The notes: generated by a model not told the origin, from the sequence alone. Counted from the first letter of the stretch, positions 1 through 15,154 are shown. The stretch: DNA of 64,000 nt from Octopus sinensis (GCF_006345805.1 NC_043011.1:10664001-10728000); one strand, 5' to 3'. A program made the numbers and translations.

Positions 1-3000
1 GGACTGCTGGTACGGCGTCGAAGGTGCGAACTGTCGCTTTGCACATCAGAAGCCCTACCAAAACCGCTCGGACACAAGACAAAAACCCCTCCCTCGGGGA
101 GAACAAAAAGAAAAAGAAAAAGAAAAATATAAAAGAAGGAAAAATAGCGCACGGACCACTGAAAGACGATATGCAGATGTGGTTCGCGGTAACCCAACAA
201 ATGACCAGCTTCACCCAGTTTGCTGAACGGCAAACGTTTTTGTGCATGGCACAAAAAATTGTTCAGCAGCTGACATGGCTACAAGCACAAAGCTGGAACT
301 ACCACCACATAAGGCCACCACCAACAGATGCAGGATGGCCACCACTGACACCAACACCAAGACACACACCACAAAATTATTTCTACTGAACGTAGGAGGG
401 CTACTGCGCGGCAACTGTAAAAGGAAAATCTCATTCCTGAGAGAGCTTGTGACGTGCAATCAAGCTATATGCATGGCACTCACAGAAACGCATCTTGGAC
501 CCGATATAGGGGATGCAGAAATACACATACCGCAATATGCAGTCATACGCTCAGATAGAAAAGGGAGGAGCCATGGTGGAGTTGCAATGTACATCCGAGA
601 TGACCTCACGCCCCAGGTCCTGCTGTCATATTCAAACTCAGTGTGTGGCACTCAAATCGTACACATAAGACAACTGAATATCGTCATATGCACTACATAT
701 CGCCCACCAGATGCTCAAAATCACCCAGGCATGTTTGAAGACTGCCTAGCATAAATAGAAGAAGTCCTCACCAACCTTGAACAACACAACAGTGTATTCT
801 TCATGGGTGGCTTTAACTTCCCCAATGTGGAATGGCCTGGGGGCAGATACTCTCAGGGATGACACGCCATCAGCAGGCACAGGCAGAGTCCCTGCTCCAT
901 CTCACAAATGCCTCTTTCATGGAGCAAATAGTTCTGCAACCAAAAAGGGCAGATAATATACTGGATCTCTGCTTCACAAACAATATGGATATTATCCATA
1001 ATGTTAAAGTGATGCCGACAATGATCTCGGATCACAACATAATAGAGCTGTCTATGTATGGACCAAAAGCCCCCGTAGACATACAGCCTATACGAAGCAT
1101 CCACCATCTCTCCAACTTAAACTTTCATAAAGCAAACTGGAAGTTGATTGAGAAAGAGATCCTCAAACAGGATTGGCCTAAATGTCTCTCTACACCGGAC
1201 GTTAACATGAAACACAAACACTTCATGTCCATAATACAAGCCATATGTGACAAATACGTCCCAGTGTACAGGGCCAGCACACACAAAAACAAAAACAGGA
1301 TCCCTAGAAAAAGGAGGATTCTTATGAGACGACGGAAAAGGATTGCGAACCGCCTGAGCAAGCACACCAAAAGTGGTGAGAAGTCTCGGCTCGAGCGAAT
1401 GATAGTGGAAATTGAGAAAAGTCTGCATCAATCCCATGAAAAGGAGAGAGCAGATAAAGAAGTTTGGGTAATAGAAAATAGAAAATCAAAGCCTAAAGCT
1501 TTCTTTAAGTTTGCCAAAGAGACAGCCACAGTGCACCAGAGAATAGGACCTCTCTTCCAAAAAGATGGATCTCTAACAGGAAATCCCACGAGGATAAGTC
1601 AAATACTGAACGAACAATTCCAAAGTGTGTTCACTACACCTCTGGGACACAGGCAAGTAAATAACCCAGAAGAATTCTTTGCCACTTTACCTGCGGCCAA
1701 AGAGGCAAAAATTGAGTACATTAACATTGAAGATGATGATATCACACTAGCCATAGATGAGATTGACACAAACTCAGCTGCTGGACCTGATGGGTTTCCA
1801 GCGATCCTGCTCAAATCGTGCAAACGAGCCCTTTCAAAACCGTTACAGCTTCTTTTTCAGAGCTTCCTCGCAAGTGGTAAGCTCCCAGTCAAATTGAAAG
1901 AGGGGGTAATATGCCCTATCCATAAGGGAGGTAGCAGAGCAGATGCTAAAAACTATAGGCCTATCTCTCTGACCTCACACATCAGCAAAGTCATGAAACG
2001 AATAGTCCGCAAGAAACTAATCATGTTCCTTGAAGAAAATGACTTCCTGTCTGACACCCAGCATGGATTTCGACCAGGTAGAAGCTGCCTAACACAGCTC
2101 CTGCAAGAATAATGACTGGGTGTTAAAACAGCTACTAAATGGCTCAAATGTGGATATAATATATCTCGACTTTGCAAAAGCCTTTGATAAAGTCGACCAT
2201 GGTATTATATGTCACAAACTGTGTGGTCTCGGCATAGGCGGGAAACTTGGAGAGTGGTTGCACAACTTCCTAAAAGGCAGAAGACAGGCAGTTGTGAGCA
2301 ATGGAGCCACCTCCAAGGAAACACAAATAACAAGCGGTGTTCCACAGGGCACTGTCTTGGGGCCACTGCTGTTCATAGTGGCCCTTTCAGACATGCCTTC
2401 AGTTGCTACGATGGCCACCCTTGCTAGCTATGCAGATGACACAAAAGTCTCCCACACAATATAAAACACTGAAAATATTGCACATCTGCAACAGGAGTTG
2501 GATACAATATACAGGTGGGCTGAGGACAACAACATGCAGTTTAATGCAGGTAAGTTCCAGGCCCTGCACTACCCGCACACAAAGGTAAACGACATGCAGA
2601 CTGGATACACTGGCTCAGGAGGAATTGCAATCCCTGAGTCAAAATCAGTGCGTGACCTGGGCATTGACATGAGCAATGATGCATCTTTCCAAGTGCATAT
2701 TACTAATCTGGTGATAAAATGCAGACGGCTAGCTGGATGGATTCTCCGAACTTTCAGAACAAGAGAGAAGGAGACACTGATGGTCCTCTGGAAAACATTC
2801 GTCCTCAGCCGCTTGGACTACTGCTATGGTCACCACACAATATAAAACTAACAGCAGAACTCGAAGCAATTCACAGAAGCTACCCAAAGAAGTTCGTCTC
2901 AATGCAACATATCAGCTACTGGGAAAGACTGAAAGTATTAAACCTCTTCTCCCTAGAGCGGAGGCGGGAGATATATGCGGTGATATACATCTGGAAAATC

Positions 3001-3413
3001 CTGGAGGGTCTTGTCCCAAACTTTGGCATTCAAAGTTACCCCAACGGCAGAACGGGGCGTCACTGCATGGTGCCAAGGATTCCAGCATCACCATCAAAAT
3101 ACAGGTCCAGATATTGCAACAGCTTGAGTTTCAGAGGACCACAGCTCTTTAACATCCTCCCTAAATGCTTAAGAGACTTACATGGTGTGGATGTGGGTTT
3201 CTTTAAAACTAAACTGGATCTCTTCTTGTCGGGAGTCCCAGATGAACCTACCTCACGACAGGAGACGCAGATACGGGCAGCAGCATCGAACTCCCTTGTT
3301 GATCAAGTGCCACGCATCAGAGGTGGATTCACATATTAGTGTAGCTCATTCAGCGGTGGTGCCCCAGCATGGCCGCGGCCTTCGGGCTAAAACATTTTTA
3401 AGGATTTAAGGAT
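1..3413 (+). mobile_element. CR1-group non-LTR retrotransposon (family A), ORF1 3' part through 3' tail; continues upstream of window
   Basis: ORF1 remnant with CCCH finger (frame 2: DCWYGVEGANCRFAH); ORF2 APE motifs (LNVGGL, ALTETHL, HGGVAMY, DLCFTN, SDHN) and RT motifs (NYRPISLTS, QHGFR, YLDFAKAFDKV, GVPQGTVLGP, YADDTK); 3' hairpins and (TTTAAGGA) tail running into (TA)n. Confidence 0.93.
242..3339 (+). pseudogene. Disrupted LINE ORF2 (APE endonuclease + reverse transcriptase)
   Basis: ORF pieces 242-754, 832-2112, 2120-2464, 2498-2845, 2719-3339 join into one EN-RT protein with stops and frameshifts. Confidence 0.92.
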
Positions 3414-3660
3414 ATACATACATACATATACATGCATATATATATACATATATATATACATACATATATACATACATATATATACGTTTATATATTTGTT
3501 GTGCAAGATTTTTTATGTGAGGTCGTGTGTTGAAACAGATATTGTTGTATTTTGGAATGGTCATTTTGCCAGTTTAGCCAATAAAAACACACGCACTATA
3601 TATTTGGTGTTACTTTGCTTCAATGTTATTTATTTTTTACATTAATCTTAATCTTATTTC

Positions 3661-3705
3661 GGCCAGAGTTCTTTCGTCACACTCCTGTGACCGCATCAGT
3701 GGTCC
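3661..3705 (-). ncRNA. Variant hammerhead-like motif
   Basis: Minus strand GGACCA-CTGATGCG-GTCACA/GGAG/TGTGAC-GAAA-GAAC-TC-TGGCC; stems I and II form but the core lacks canonical A9. Confidence 0.4.
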
Positions 3706-4019
3706 TTTGTTTTCTTCTCACTTATTTGTGTCTCTCCTTACTAACCGTCAGCCATTTTGTATTTCTATTGTATGTCTTCATTTGTGCATGCTTATATCTC
3801 TATGTGCGTTTATGTTTATTTAGTGTGTGTGTGGAGGGGATGCCTGTAATATTTGTATCTTCTGTTTATATAAGTTCATGTAATTTGTTTTTGTTGTTGT
3901 TTTTGTTTATTCTTATTTGTTCATGTGTTTACATCCACTTATTATTATCATTACATATACTTGTATGTATGTATAACAACAATACTAGTAATAACAATAA
4001 TAAATCAAAAAACTATAGC

Positions 4020-6370
4020 TAGGACCAAACTTAGAAAGATTTTAGGACTATACACTAAGAGACAGAGACAGAATAAGACAGAGGCCCAACAACTCGGGAT
4101 TGAACCCGCATGTGGCCTACGTAAGCTCATTCAGCGTACGAGGAAAGGAGAGGTGGTATGCCTTCCTACAGATAAGTCCGGCAGGATGTCAATAGACAGC
4201 TTACCGAACTACATCCAGGCAATGCAACCTCATATTGCCAATACAAAAATAACAATTTTACAGGCGCATGAGGAGAGAGAAAAGGTCCTCAACGCCCACA
4301 TGATGATGTGGACAATTGTTCTGGGACCCCAGAAACGCACAGCTAACAATTTCCAAGCCTGGAACAACGATATCCCGGCACTGTATGGACTTCGCAAGGA
4401 CCATAAAGTAACCACTGACCCTATAGCATGACCACCAACAAGACCAGTCTGTGGAGCGAATATGGCTTGCAACTACAGAATCTCCTACTTCCTCTCAATG
4501 ATCATACGCCCAATAATCCGGATGTCACCTGATGTTTGTGACAGCACAGAAGATCTCCTCAGCAGGATCAATGACTGTAACAACACTTGTGACCTGACAG
4601 GATGTATGGTTGGTAGCATGGATGTGGTATCCCTATACCCATCGATCGACGTAGATTTTGCGGTGGAGAAGTGCGTGGAGATGATCAACGAGAGCCAGGT
4701 GGAGTTCCGTAATGTCAACACAGAGGAACTGGGCCTCCTACTTAGACTGACATGTGACAATGAATACCTAGATAAGCATGATCTTAGTAGTTTTTGCCCC
4801 AGTAGATGTTTAAGAGGTAGACCGCCCACAATTACTTCTATGGCTAGGAAGACCCAAATAGAACGATGGCGCGGATGGACCAGAGCCATACGGAGCCCCG
4901 CAAATGTCCATCAGGTAAAGAAAATGATCGCACATGCACGAGGAGCTAGTATAAGAGTTACTCTCAAAGGCCATACATTTAAGTTTAACAATAAAATATA
5001 TGCCCAGGACGAGGGGGCAGCCATCGGTGTTAGTATCGCTGGTGATGTGGCCAACCTTTTCATGGTATGGTGGGACAGAAGGCTTAAAGAACGCCTAACA
5101 CAGAACTCCATACTCGTAAACATGTACTCTCTCTATGTTGATGATATCAACATAGTGGTAAAGGCACCCCCACAAGAGAGTACTGTTGATATAGTAATAG
5201 AAACTAATACTATGGAGAGCATCCAGCAAATAGTTAACTCCATCCACCAGAGTATAAAGGTCACAATAGACTACCCCACTAAACACCCCAACCATAGACT
5301 ACCAGTACTAGACACTGAACTCTGGCTAGAAATTGTGAATAATAAAACCCAAACCCTTCATTTGTACTATGCCAAACCTATGGCCTCAAAATACTTGATC
5401 CACCGGGACTCAGCCATTGCGGACAATGCCAAATTCAATATTTTGATGGCAGACCTCGTCAGAATAATGAGAAATGTGTCACGCATGTGCGAGCCTACAG
5501 AGTTAAAGAGACACATACAATATTTCATTCACCGCATGCAGTTCTCAGGTTACAGCCATAAAGAAAGGATCAGAGTATACAAAGGAGCCATGAAGAAATT
5601 TGATAATATATTATGTAATGATAGGAATGGGATTTGACCACTCTATAAGAACAAGTCATGGAACACTATAGAAAGGACAAAAAAGAAAATAGGGAAGGCC
5701 AACTCTTGGTATGATAGCCATAAATACCAGAGTGTCATGTTTGTTGACACCACCCCTGGAGGTGAACTGGCATACCGCTTTAGAAGGAACCTAGACAAAC
5801 TTAAGCTGAGGATTAAGGTTGTTGAAAGGCCAGGCAACCCTATCAAATCGATAGAACCTATCCTTTTAGTAGAACCCCCTGTACGGATAAGTACTGTACT
5901 GTATGTAGATTTAGCCCACAAACAAACTGTAAAGCCAGAAATGTAGTCTATAGTATAAGATGTATAGAGGGACGATGCAGTAACAAGACAATGACATACG
6001 TAGGGGAAACGGCAAGAAGCATAGCAGAGCGGGTAAATGACATATGAAAGAACTCAAGGAAGGTAAAAACTCATCGATTCTGTAACAACACGCCGAACAG
6101 GAACACGGGGGATCAATCAACAACATAGAAATTAAAATATCGTCCACACATAGAACAGATGCAACAATCAGACAAATTACAGAAGCTACACACATAATAG
6201 AAAATAAACCTAGCCTGAATAGGAAACTGGAATGGAACACTAGCACACACCACAACATATGACGGTAGAGGATCCCAATAAACTGGTTACAATATAAACA
6301 AAACCGAAAGCATAATAAATAAAATACACAGATAAATAAACAAATAGAAATAAATAACTATATAAGTAAC
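4020..6370 (+). mobile_element. Penelope-like retroelement (RT + GIY-YIG endonuclease), 5'-truncated and disrupted
   Basis: TDKSG, TRPV, SMDVVSLYPSI, EGAAIG and LYVDD RT motifs; Cys-rich linker (CTVC..C) then frameshifted RNVVYSIRC...YVGETARS GIY-YIG motif at ~5938-6030. Confidence 0.92.
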
Positions 6371-6423
6371 TATATAAATAAATAACTATATATAAGTAAT
6401 ATGTATGTATGTATATATATATC

Positions 6424-6460
<37 letters not shown>

Positions 6461-6753
6461 ATATATACATATATATATACATATATATATACATAAATAT
6501 ATATATATCCATACATACATATATATATACATATATATACATATATACATATATATACATATATACATACATATATATATATATACATATATACATATAT
6601 ATACAATTAATTGCCAGTAAACGCTGTCGTAATCTCTTTTATAGAGACTTAGTAATTTTAATATTTCTATTATTGAAAACAAGTGGATGTATTCCACTGA
6701 AACTAGGTAAATATAAGCCTTCGAACAGAGACGTCAGTGGCGACACCTGCGGG

Positions 6754-6813
6754 GTCTGACTGCGCTACATTGACAAGGGGCAATACCCCGAAACGCGTCT
6801 GTAGATGTCGGAC
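6754..6813 (+). ncRNA. Type I hammerhead ribozyme, U3-A8 variant (copy 1)
   Basis: CTACA-TTGACAA-GGGG/CAATA/CCCC-GAAA-CGCG-TC-TGTAG; stem I extended by GTCTGAC/GTCGGAC after an internal loop; palindromic ACGCGT stem III. Confidence 0.82.
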
Positions 6814-7117
6814 TGGCAGTGTGAAGCGGCTGACCTCCTTTGTTCGAAGGTTGTAATGGATGCAGATCGGGTATCAATAGCTATCTTAAGGCGGTGGTCT
6901 CATGGAGCTGACCAGCGGCAGCGATTATTCTTATATCTATAAGAATGCCATATTAATATGGCGATAACAATTAATTGCCAGTAAACGCTGTCGTAATCTC
7001 TTTCAGAGAGACTTAGTAATTTTGATATTTCTATTATTGAAAGCAAGTGGATGTATTCCACTGAAACTAGGTAAATATAAGCCTTCGAACAGAGACGTCA
7101 GTGGCGACACCTGCGGG

Positions 7118-7177
7118 GTCTGACTGCGCTACATTGACAAGGGGCAATACCCCGAAACGCGTCTGTAGATGTCGGAC
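7118..7177 (+). ncRNA. Type I hammerhead ribozyme, U3-A8 variant (copy 2)
   Basis: Same motif 364 bp downstream of copy 1. Confidence 0.82.
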
Positions 7178-7481
7178 TGGCAGTGTGAAGCGGCTGACCT
7201 CCCTTGTTCGAAGGTTGTAATGGATACAGATCGTGTATCAATAGCTATCCTAAGGCGGTGGCCTCATGGAGCTGACCAGCGGCGGCGATTATTCTTATAT
7301 CTATAAGAATGCCATATTAATATGGCGATAACAATTAATTGCCATTAAACGCTGTCGTAATCTCTTTTATAGAGACTTAGTAATTTTAATATTTCTATTA
7401 TTGAAAACAAGTGGATGTATTCCACTGAAACTAGGTAAATATAAGCCTTCGAACAGAGACGCCAGTGGCGACACCTGCGGG

Positions 7482-7541
7482 GTCTGACTGCGCTACATTC
7501 ACAAGGGGCAATACACCGAAACGCGTCTGTAGCTGTCGGAC
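7482..7541 (+). ncRNA. Mutated hammerhead (copy 3), probably inactive
   Basis: Core reads TTCACAA (G5>C) and stem II 3' arm CACC. Confidence 0.7.
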
Positions 7542-7762
7542 TGGCAGTGTGAAACGGCTGACCTCCCTTGTTCGAAGGTTATAATGGATACAGATCGTGT
7601 ATCAATAGCTATCTTAAGGCGGTGGTCTCATGGAGCTGACCAGCGGCAGCGATTATTCTTATATCTATAAGAATGCCATATTAATATGGCGATAACGATT
7701 AATTGCCAGTAAACGCTGTCGTAATCTCTTTTATAGAAACTTAGTAATTTTAATATTTCTAT

Positions 7763-7767
7763 CATAC

Positions 7768-7798
<31 letters not shown>

Positions 7799-7802
7799 CT
7801 AT

Positions 7803-7838
<36 letters not shown>

Positions 7839-8085
7839 CCTATACATATATATATATATATATCAGATATACATACATATATATATACATATATATACAT
7901 ATACATATATAACATATATATATACATATATATATATACATATATATATATACATATATATATTATATATACATATATATATATACATATATATATATAT
8001 ACATATATATATAAATATAGATATATATACATATATATATACATATATATATATATATACATATATATAGACATATATATATAGA

Positions 8086-8156
<71 letters not shown>

Positions 8157-8201
8157 CATATATATATACATATTATAATATATATATACATATATATATA
8201 C

Positions 8202-8234
<33 letters not shown>

Positions 8235-8445
8235 CAATATATATTATTAACATATTATATATATATATATTACATATATATATATATATATATATCATAT
8301 ATATATATATACATATATTATATATACATACATATATATATACATACATATAATATATATACATACATATATAGATATATACATACATATATAATACATA
8401 CAATATATATATAGAACATATATAATACATACTAATATATATATC

Positions 8446-8476
<31 letters not shown>

Positions 8477-8959
8477 CTATATATATACATACATATATAT
8501 AGATTACAATATATATTATACATATATATAGTATATAATATATATATACATACATATATATATATACGTATATATACATACACTATATATATATACATAT
8601 ACATATATAATAGACATACATATATATATATACAATATATATATATATACATATATATATATACATACATATATAATACAATAATAATACTACATATATA
8701 TATAGACTACATACATATATATATACATACATATATATATATAATGACATATATATATATACATATATATATATATACATAATTATATACATATATATAG
8801 ATATATATATATAGATATCATATATATATATATATTACGATACTATATATATATACATATATATATATACATATATATATACATATATATATATATACAT
8901 ATATATATATTAGATATATACATATATATAACATATATACCTAACATATATATACATAC

Positions 8960-9004
<45 letters not shown>

Positions 9005-9613
9005 CATATATATATACTATATATATATATACTTATATATATATACATATATATATAATACATATATAACATATATATATACATATATATATATACATTA
9101 ATATATATACTTATATATATATACATATATATACATATAATATATACATAAATATAGATACATATATATATATATACATAAATATATATACATATATATA
9201 TATACATAAATATATATAATAATATATACATATAATATATATACATATATATATATACAAAATAATATATACATAATATATATATAAATAAATATATATA
9301 TACATATATATATATATATCTACATAATATATACATAATATATATTACATATATATATACACATATATATATACACATATATATATATATACACATATAT
9401 ATATATAACATATATATTATATATACATATATATATATACATATATATATACATATATACATATATATATATACATATATGCATATATACATATATATAT
9501 ATACATATATATATATATACATATATACATATATATATATACATATATACATATATATATATATACATATATACATATATAATATATACATATACATATA
9601 CACATATATATAC

Positions 9614-9658
<45 letters not shown>

Positions 9659-9727
9659 TATATACATTATATATATATATAATACATATATATATAATAT
9701 ATATATACATATATATATATATACAAT

Positions 9728-9766
<39 letters not shown>

Positions 9767-9771
9767 CATAT

Positions 9772-9807
<36 letters not shown>

Positions 9808-9829
9808 CATACATATATATATTATATAG

Positions 9830-9862
<33 letters not shown>

Positions 9863-10071
9863 CAGTATATATATATATATATATATACAGATATATATAT
9901 ATATATATACATACATATATATATACATATATATACATACATATATAACATACATATATAATATATATATATACATACATATATATATTATATATTATAT
10001 ACATATATATATATATATTACATATATATATATATAATAATATACATATATATATATATATATATAGATAC

Positions 10072-10118
<47 letters not shown>

Positions 10119-10135
10119 CATATATACATATATAT

Positions 10136-10170
<35 letters not shown>

Positions 10171-10213
10171 CATATATACATATATATATATACATATATA
10201 TATATACATAATA

Positions 10214-10245
<32 letters not shown>

Positions 10246-10346
10246 CATATATATATATATAATATATATATTATATAACATATATATATATATTATTATA
10301 TATATATAATATACATATATATATACATAACATATAATATATATAC

Positions 10347-10377
<31 letters not shown>

Positions 10378-10408
10378 CATATAATATACATACTATATAT
10401 ATCTATAC

Positions 10409-10439
<31 letters not shown>

Positions 10440-10706
10440 CATATATATATACATACATATATATATATACGTATATATACATACTAATATATATATACTA
10501 ACATATAATATACATACTATATATATATACATATTATATATATATATACAATATATATATACATACATTATATATACATATATATATATACATACAATAT
10601 ATATACATACATACATATATATATACATACATATATATATATAATACATATATATATATACATATATATATATACATATATATATATACAGATATATATA
10701 TTATAC

Positions 10707-10737
<31 letters not shown>

Positions 10738-10825
10738 CATATTATATATAACATATATATATATACATATATATATACATATATATATATATACATTATA
10801 TATACATTATATATCATATATATAC

Positions 10826-10864
<39 letters not shown>

Positions 10865-11294
10865 CATATATATATATAATATATACATATATATATATAC
10901 ATATATATATACATATATATATATAATATTATATATATATACATATATATATATACATATATATATACATATATATATACTATATATATATACATTAATA
11001 TAGATACTTATATATATTATACATAGATATATATACATATAATATATACATAAATATTATACATATATATAGATACATAAATATATATCATATAATATAT
11101 AACATAAATATATATCATTATATATAACATATAATATAATAATATATATACATATATATATATACATATATATAATAGATATACATAAATATATATACTA
11201 TATATATATATATCTACATAATATATATACATATAATATATATATACATATATATATATACACATTATATATACACATATATATATATATACAC

Positions 11295-11341
<47 letters not shown>

Positions 11342-11629
11342 CATATATATATAACATATATACATATATATATAATACATATATGCATATTATAACATAT
11401 ATATATATACATATATATATATAATATATAACATATATATATATACATATATACATATATATATTATACTATATACATATATATATATATACATATATAC
11501 AATATCACATATATATACATTATATCATATATATAATATATATATATATAGATACATATATATATATACATATATATAATCTATATACATATATATATAT
11601 ATACTAATACATATATTATATATACATAT

Positions 11630-11665
<36 letters not shown>

Positions 11666-11668
11666 CAT

Positions 11669-11701
<33 letters not shown>

Positions 11702-11729
11702 TATACATACATATATATTATATATAGAT

Positions 11730-11794
<65 letters not shown>

Positions 11795-11984
11795 ATATAT
11801 ATATATATATATACATATATATATTATATATATACATACATATATACATACATATATTATATATTATATATACAATACATATATATATATATATATATAC
11901 AATATAATATATATATATATACATATTATATATTATATATATATATACATATATATATATTATATATATATACATATAATATAT

Positions 11985-12019
<35 letters not shown>

Positions 12020-12041
12020 TATACATATATACATATATAAC

Positions 12042-12072
<31 letters not shown>

Positions 12073-12131
12073 CATATATACATAATATATATATATACAT
12101 TATATATATACATATATACATATATATTATA

Positions 12132-12184
<53 letters not shown>

Positions 12185-12246
12185 CCATATATATATATAT
12201 ATACTATATTATATATATATACATATATATATATATAGTATATATC

Positions 12247-12284
<38 letters not shown>

Positions 12285-12286
12285 CC

Positions 12287-12324
<38 letters not shown>

Positions 12325-12420
12325 ATATATATATACATAATATATATATATATACATATATATACATATATATATAATATAATATATATATATATATACA
12401 TACATATATACATATATATT
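7763..12420. repeat. ~4.7 kb degenerate (TA)n/(TATACA)n microsatellite tract
   Basis: Direct reading. Confidence 0.97.
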
Positions 12421-12865
12421 CTCTTTTACTCTTTACTTGTTTCAGCCATCCGGTGAGGCCATGCTGGGGCGCCGCCCTTGTTGCTACCCTCTCTAAGTCC
12501 AGTTTGCCGTGGTGGCCACTGATCTAAGAGAGAGTTTGTAGCTGCTGCCCTTAGGTTACCTTCGTACCTTGCAGTGGGTTCATCTGGGATCCGGGAAAGC
12601 AGCTTGTCTAGATGTTTTTGAAAATGTCCACATCCGCATCATGTAGATCTCTTAGTTTTCTTGGCAGTTTGTTGAACAGCTGAGGGCCCCTGAACCCCAG
12701 GCTATTACAGTATCTGCTCCTTACCCTGGATGTGGAAGACGGGACCTTTGGCACCACACAGTGACGTCCTGTACGGGGATTGGAACAGCTCTCAATTCCA
12801 AAATTTGGTGCTAGTCCCTCCAGGATTTTCCATATGTATATCACTGCATATCTCTCTCGTCTTCG
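12421..12865 (-). mobile_element. CR1-group LINE 3' fragment (family C)
   Basis: [23 protein letters not shown]...GFRGPQLFN; 3' end GGCGGCGCCCCAGCATGGCC...GAAACAAGTAAAGAG; (TA)n on both sides. Confidence 0.9.
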
Positions 12866-13231
12866 TATATATATACATATATACATATACATATATATAT
12901 ATACATACATATATACATATATATACATACATATAACATATAGATATATATAACATATATATATATATAGACACACAACATATATATATACACACATACA
13001 TATATATATATCATATATGTATATATATATACATATATGTATATATATATACATATAGTATATATATATACATATATGTATATTATATATATATATAATA
13101 GTATATATACATACATATATATATATATACATATATGTATATATATATATACATATATGTATATATACATATATGTGTATATATATATATATGTGTGTAT
13201 ATATATATAGATATATGTGTATATATATATA

Positions 13232-13271
<40 letters not shown>

Positions 13272-13301
13272 ATATTATATATATATGTATATATATATAT
13301 A

Positions 13302-13359
<58 letters not shown>

Positions 13360-13623
13360 TAATATATACAAAATGAGAAAATGAGAAAAAGAAAATAGAA
13401 ACATACCTAAATCAATCATCAACCATCAGATAATACCCAATCAATACTTTATTAAACCATTACACAACAGCAGTTATATTATACATAATATATTACAAAT
13501 ATAACAAGACATAGAAATAGAAATAGAAAATACATTTATATTATTTATATACACATACATATATATATATGAGATCGTTTGTTCCGAATGACATCTGGCA
13601 GCCAATATCTCTCGCGGGCGAGG

Positions 13624-13781
13624 ACCTCGGCAGGAGACACAGATCGGGCAGTGGCATCGAACTCCCTTGTTGACCAAGTGCTACGTATCAGAGGTGGATT
13701 CACATATTAGTGTAGCTCATTCAGCGGTGGTGCCCCAGCATGGCTGCAGCCTTCGGGCTGAAACATTTTTAAGGATTTAAG
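13624..13781 (+). mobile_element. Short 3' fragment of LINE family A
   Basis: Matches 3255-3410 including 3' hairpins and tail. Confidence 0.88.
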
Positions 13782-13854
13782 AAATTATATACATACATAT
13801 ATATATATATAAATATATATATATACATATATATACATAGATATATATATTTAT

Positions 13855-14207
13855 ATTTAAATAATGAGGGAGATAAATTGAATATTAATTTAATTAATAT
13901 CAATTTAAAACCAGTAGCCTAGCATATAAAAATTTGAAAAATCCGAGAAAATTCCAATACATGTGTATATTTAGGGCTAAAAAACCACTATGTGGACAGC
14001 CATATGCTAGAAGTAGATCACATACGATCTAACTACAAAGAAAGAATGTTCTCCAGAGAAAATTCAGCGAACACCAGAACGTAGGCGGGCAAGACAGATG
14101 AAAATTATATAAAAACCAATAATTAAGCGTATGTGACCGAATAAATTACTTACGTAACCCTTCGTCCATAGTATATAGCTGTCCACATAGTGGTTTTTTA
14201 GCCCTAA

Positions 14208-14210
<3 letters not shown>
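13855..14210. mobile_element. Fold-back PLE-terminus-like fragment
   Basis: 33-bp inverted repeat 13968-14000 / 14178-14210 between microsatellites. Confidence 0.55.
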
Positions 14211-14278
<68 letters not shown>

Positions 14279-14282
<4 letters not shown>

Positions 14283-15154
14283 GACAACAACATGCAGTTT
14301 AATGCAGGTAAGTTCCAGGCCCAGCGCTACCCGCACACAAAGGTAAACGACGTGCAGACTGGATACACTGGCCCAGGAAGAATTGCAATCCCTGAGTCAA
14401 AATCAGTGCGTGACCTGGGCATTGACATGAGCAATGATGCATCTTCCCAAGTGCATATTGCTAATCTGGTGATAAAATGCAGACGGCTAGCTGGATGGAT
14501 TCTCCGAACTTTCAGAACAAGAGAGAAGGAGACACTGATGGTCCTCTGGAAAACATTCGTCCTCCGCCGCTTGGACTACTGCTCCCAACTGTGGTCACCA
14601 CACAATATAAAACTAACAGCAGAACTCGAAGCAATTCAGAGAAGCTACACAAAGAATATCGTCTCAATGCAAAATATCAGCTACTGGGAAAGACTGAAGG
14701 TAGTAAACCTCTTCTCCCGGGAGATATATGCGATGATATACATCTGGAAAATCCTGGAGGGTCTTGTCCCAAACTTTGGCATTCAAAGTTACCCCAACGG
14801 CAGAACGGGGCGTCACTGCATGGTGCCAAGGATTCCAGCATCACCATCAAAATACAGGTCCAGATATTGCAACAGCTTGAGTTTCAGAGGACCACAGCTC
14901 TTTAACATCCTCCCTAAATGCCTGAGAGACTTACATGGTGTGGATGTGGGTTTCTTTAAAACTAAACTGGATCTCTTCTTGTCGGGAGTCCCAGATGAAC
15001 CTACCTCACGACAGGAGACGCGGATGCGGGCAGCAGCATCGAACTCCCTTGTTGATCAAGTGCCACGTATCAAAGGTGGATTCACAAATTAGTGTAGCTC
15101 ATTCAGCGGTGGTGACCCAGCATGGCCGCGGCCTTCGGGCTAAGACATTTTTAA

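Larger units (their letters stand above)
6603..7762 (+). repeat. 364-bp tandem array (~3.2 copies), Penelope pLTR / retrozyme-like
   Basis: Units start at ~6603, 6967, 7331, 7695, near-identical; one hammerhead motif per full unit; downstream of and co-oriented with the Penelope ORF. Confidence 0.93.

Noticed and set aside
7799-12188. Many Tyr/Ile-rich ORFs (also 15700-16400, 50100-51150)
   Set aside because: Translation of (TA)n microsatellite
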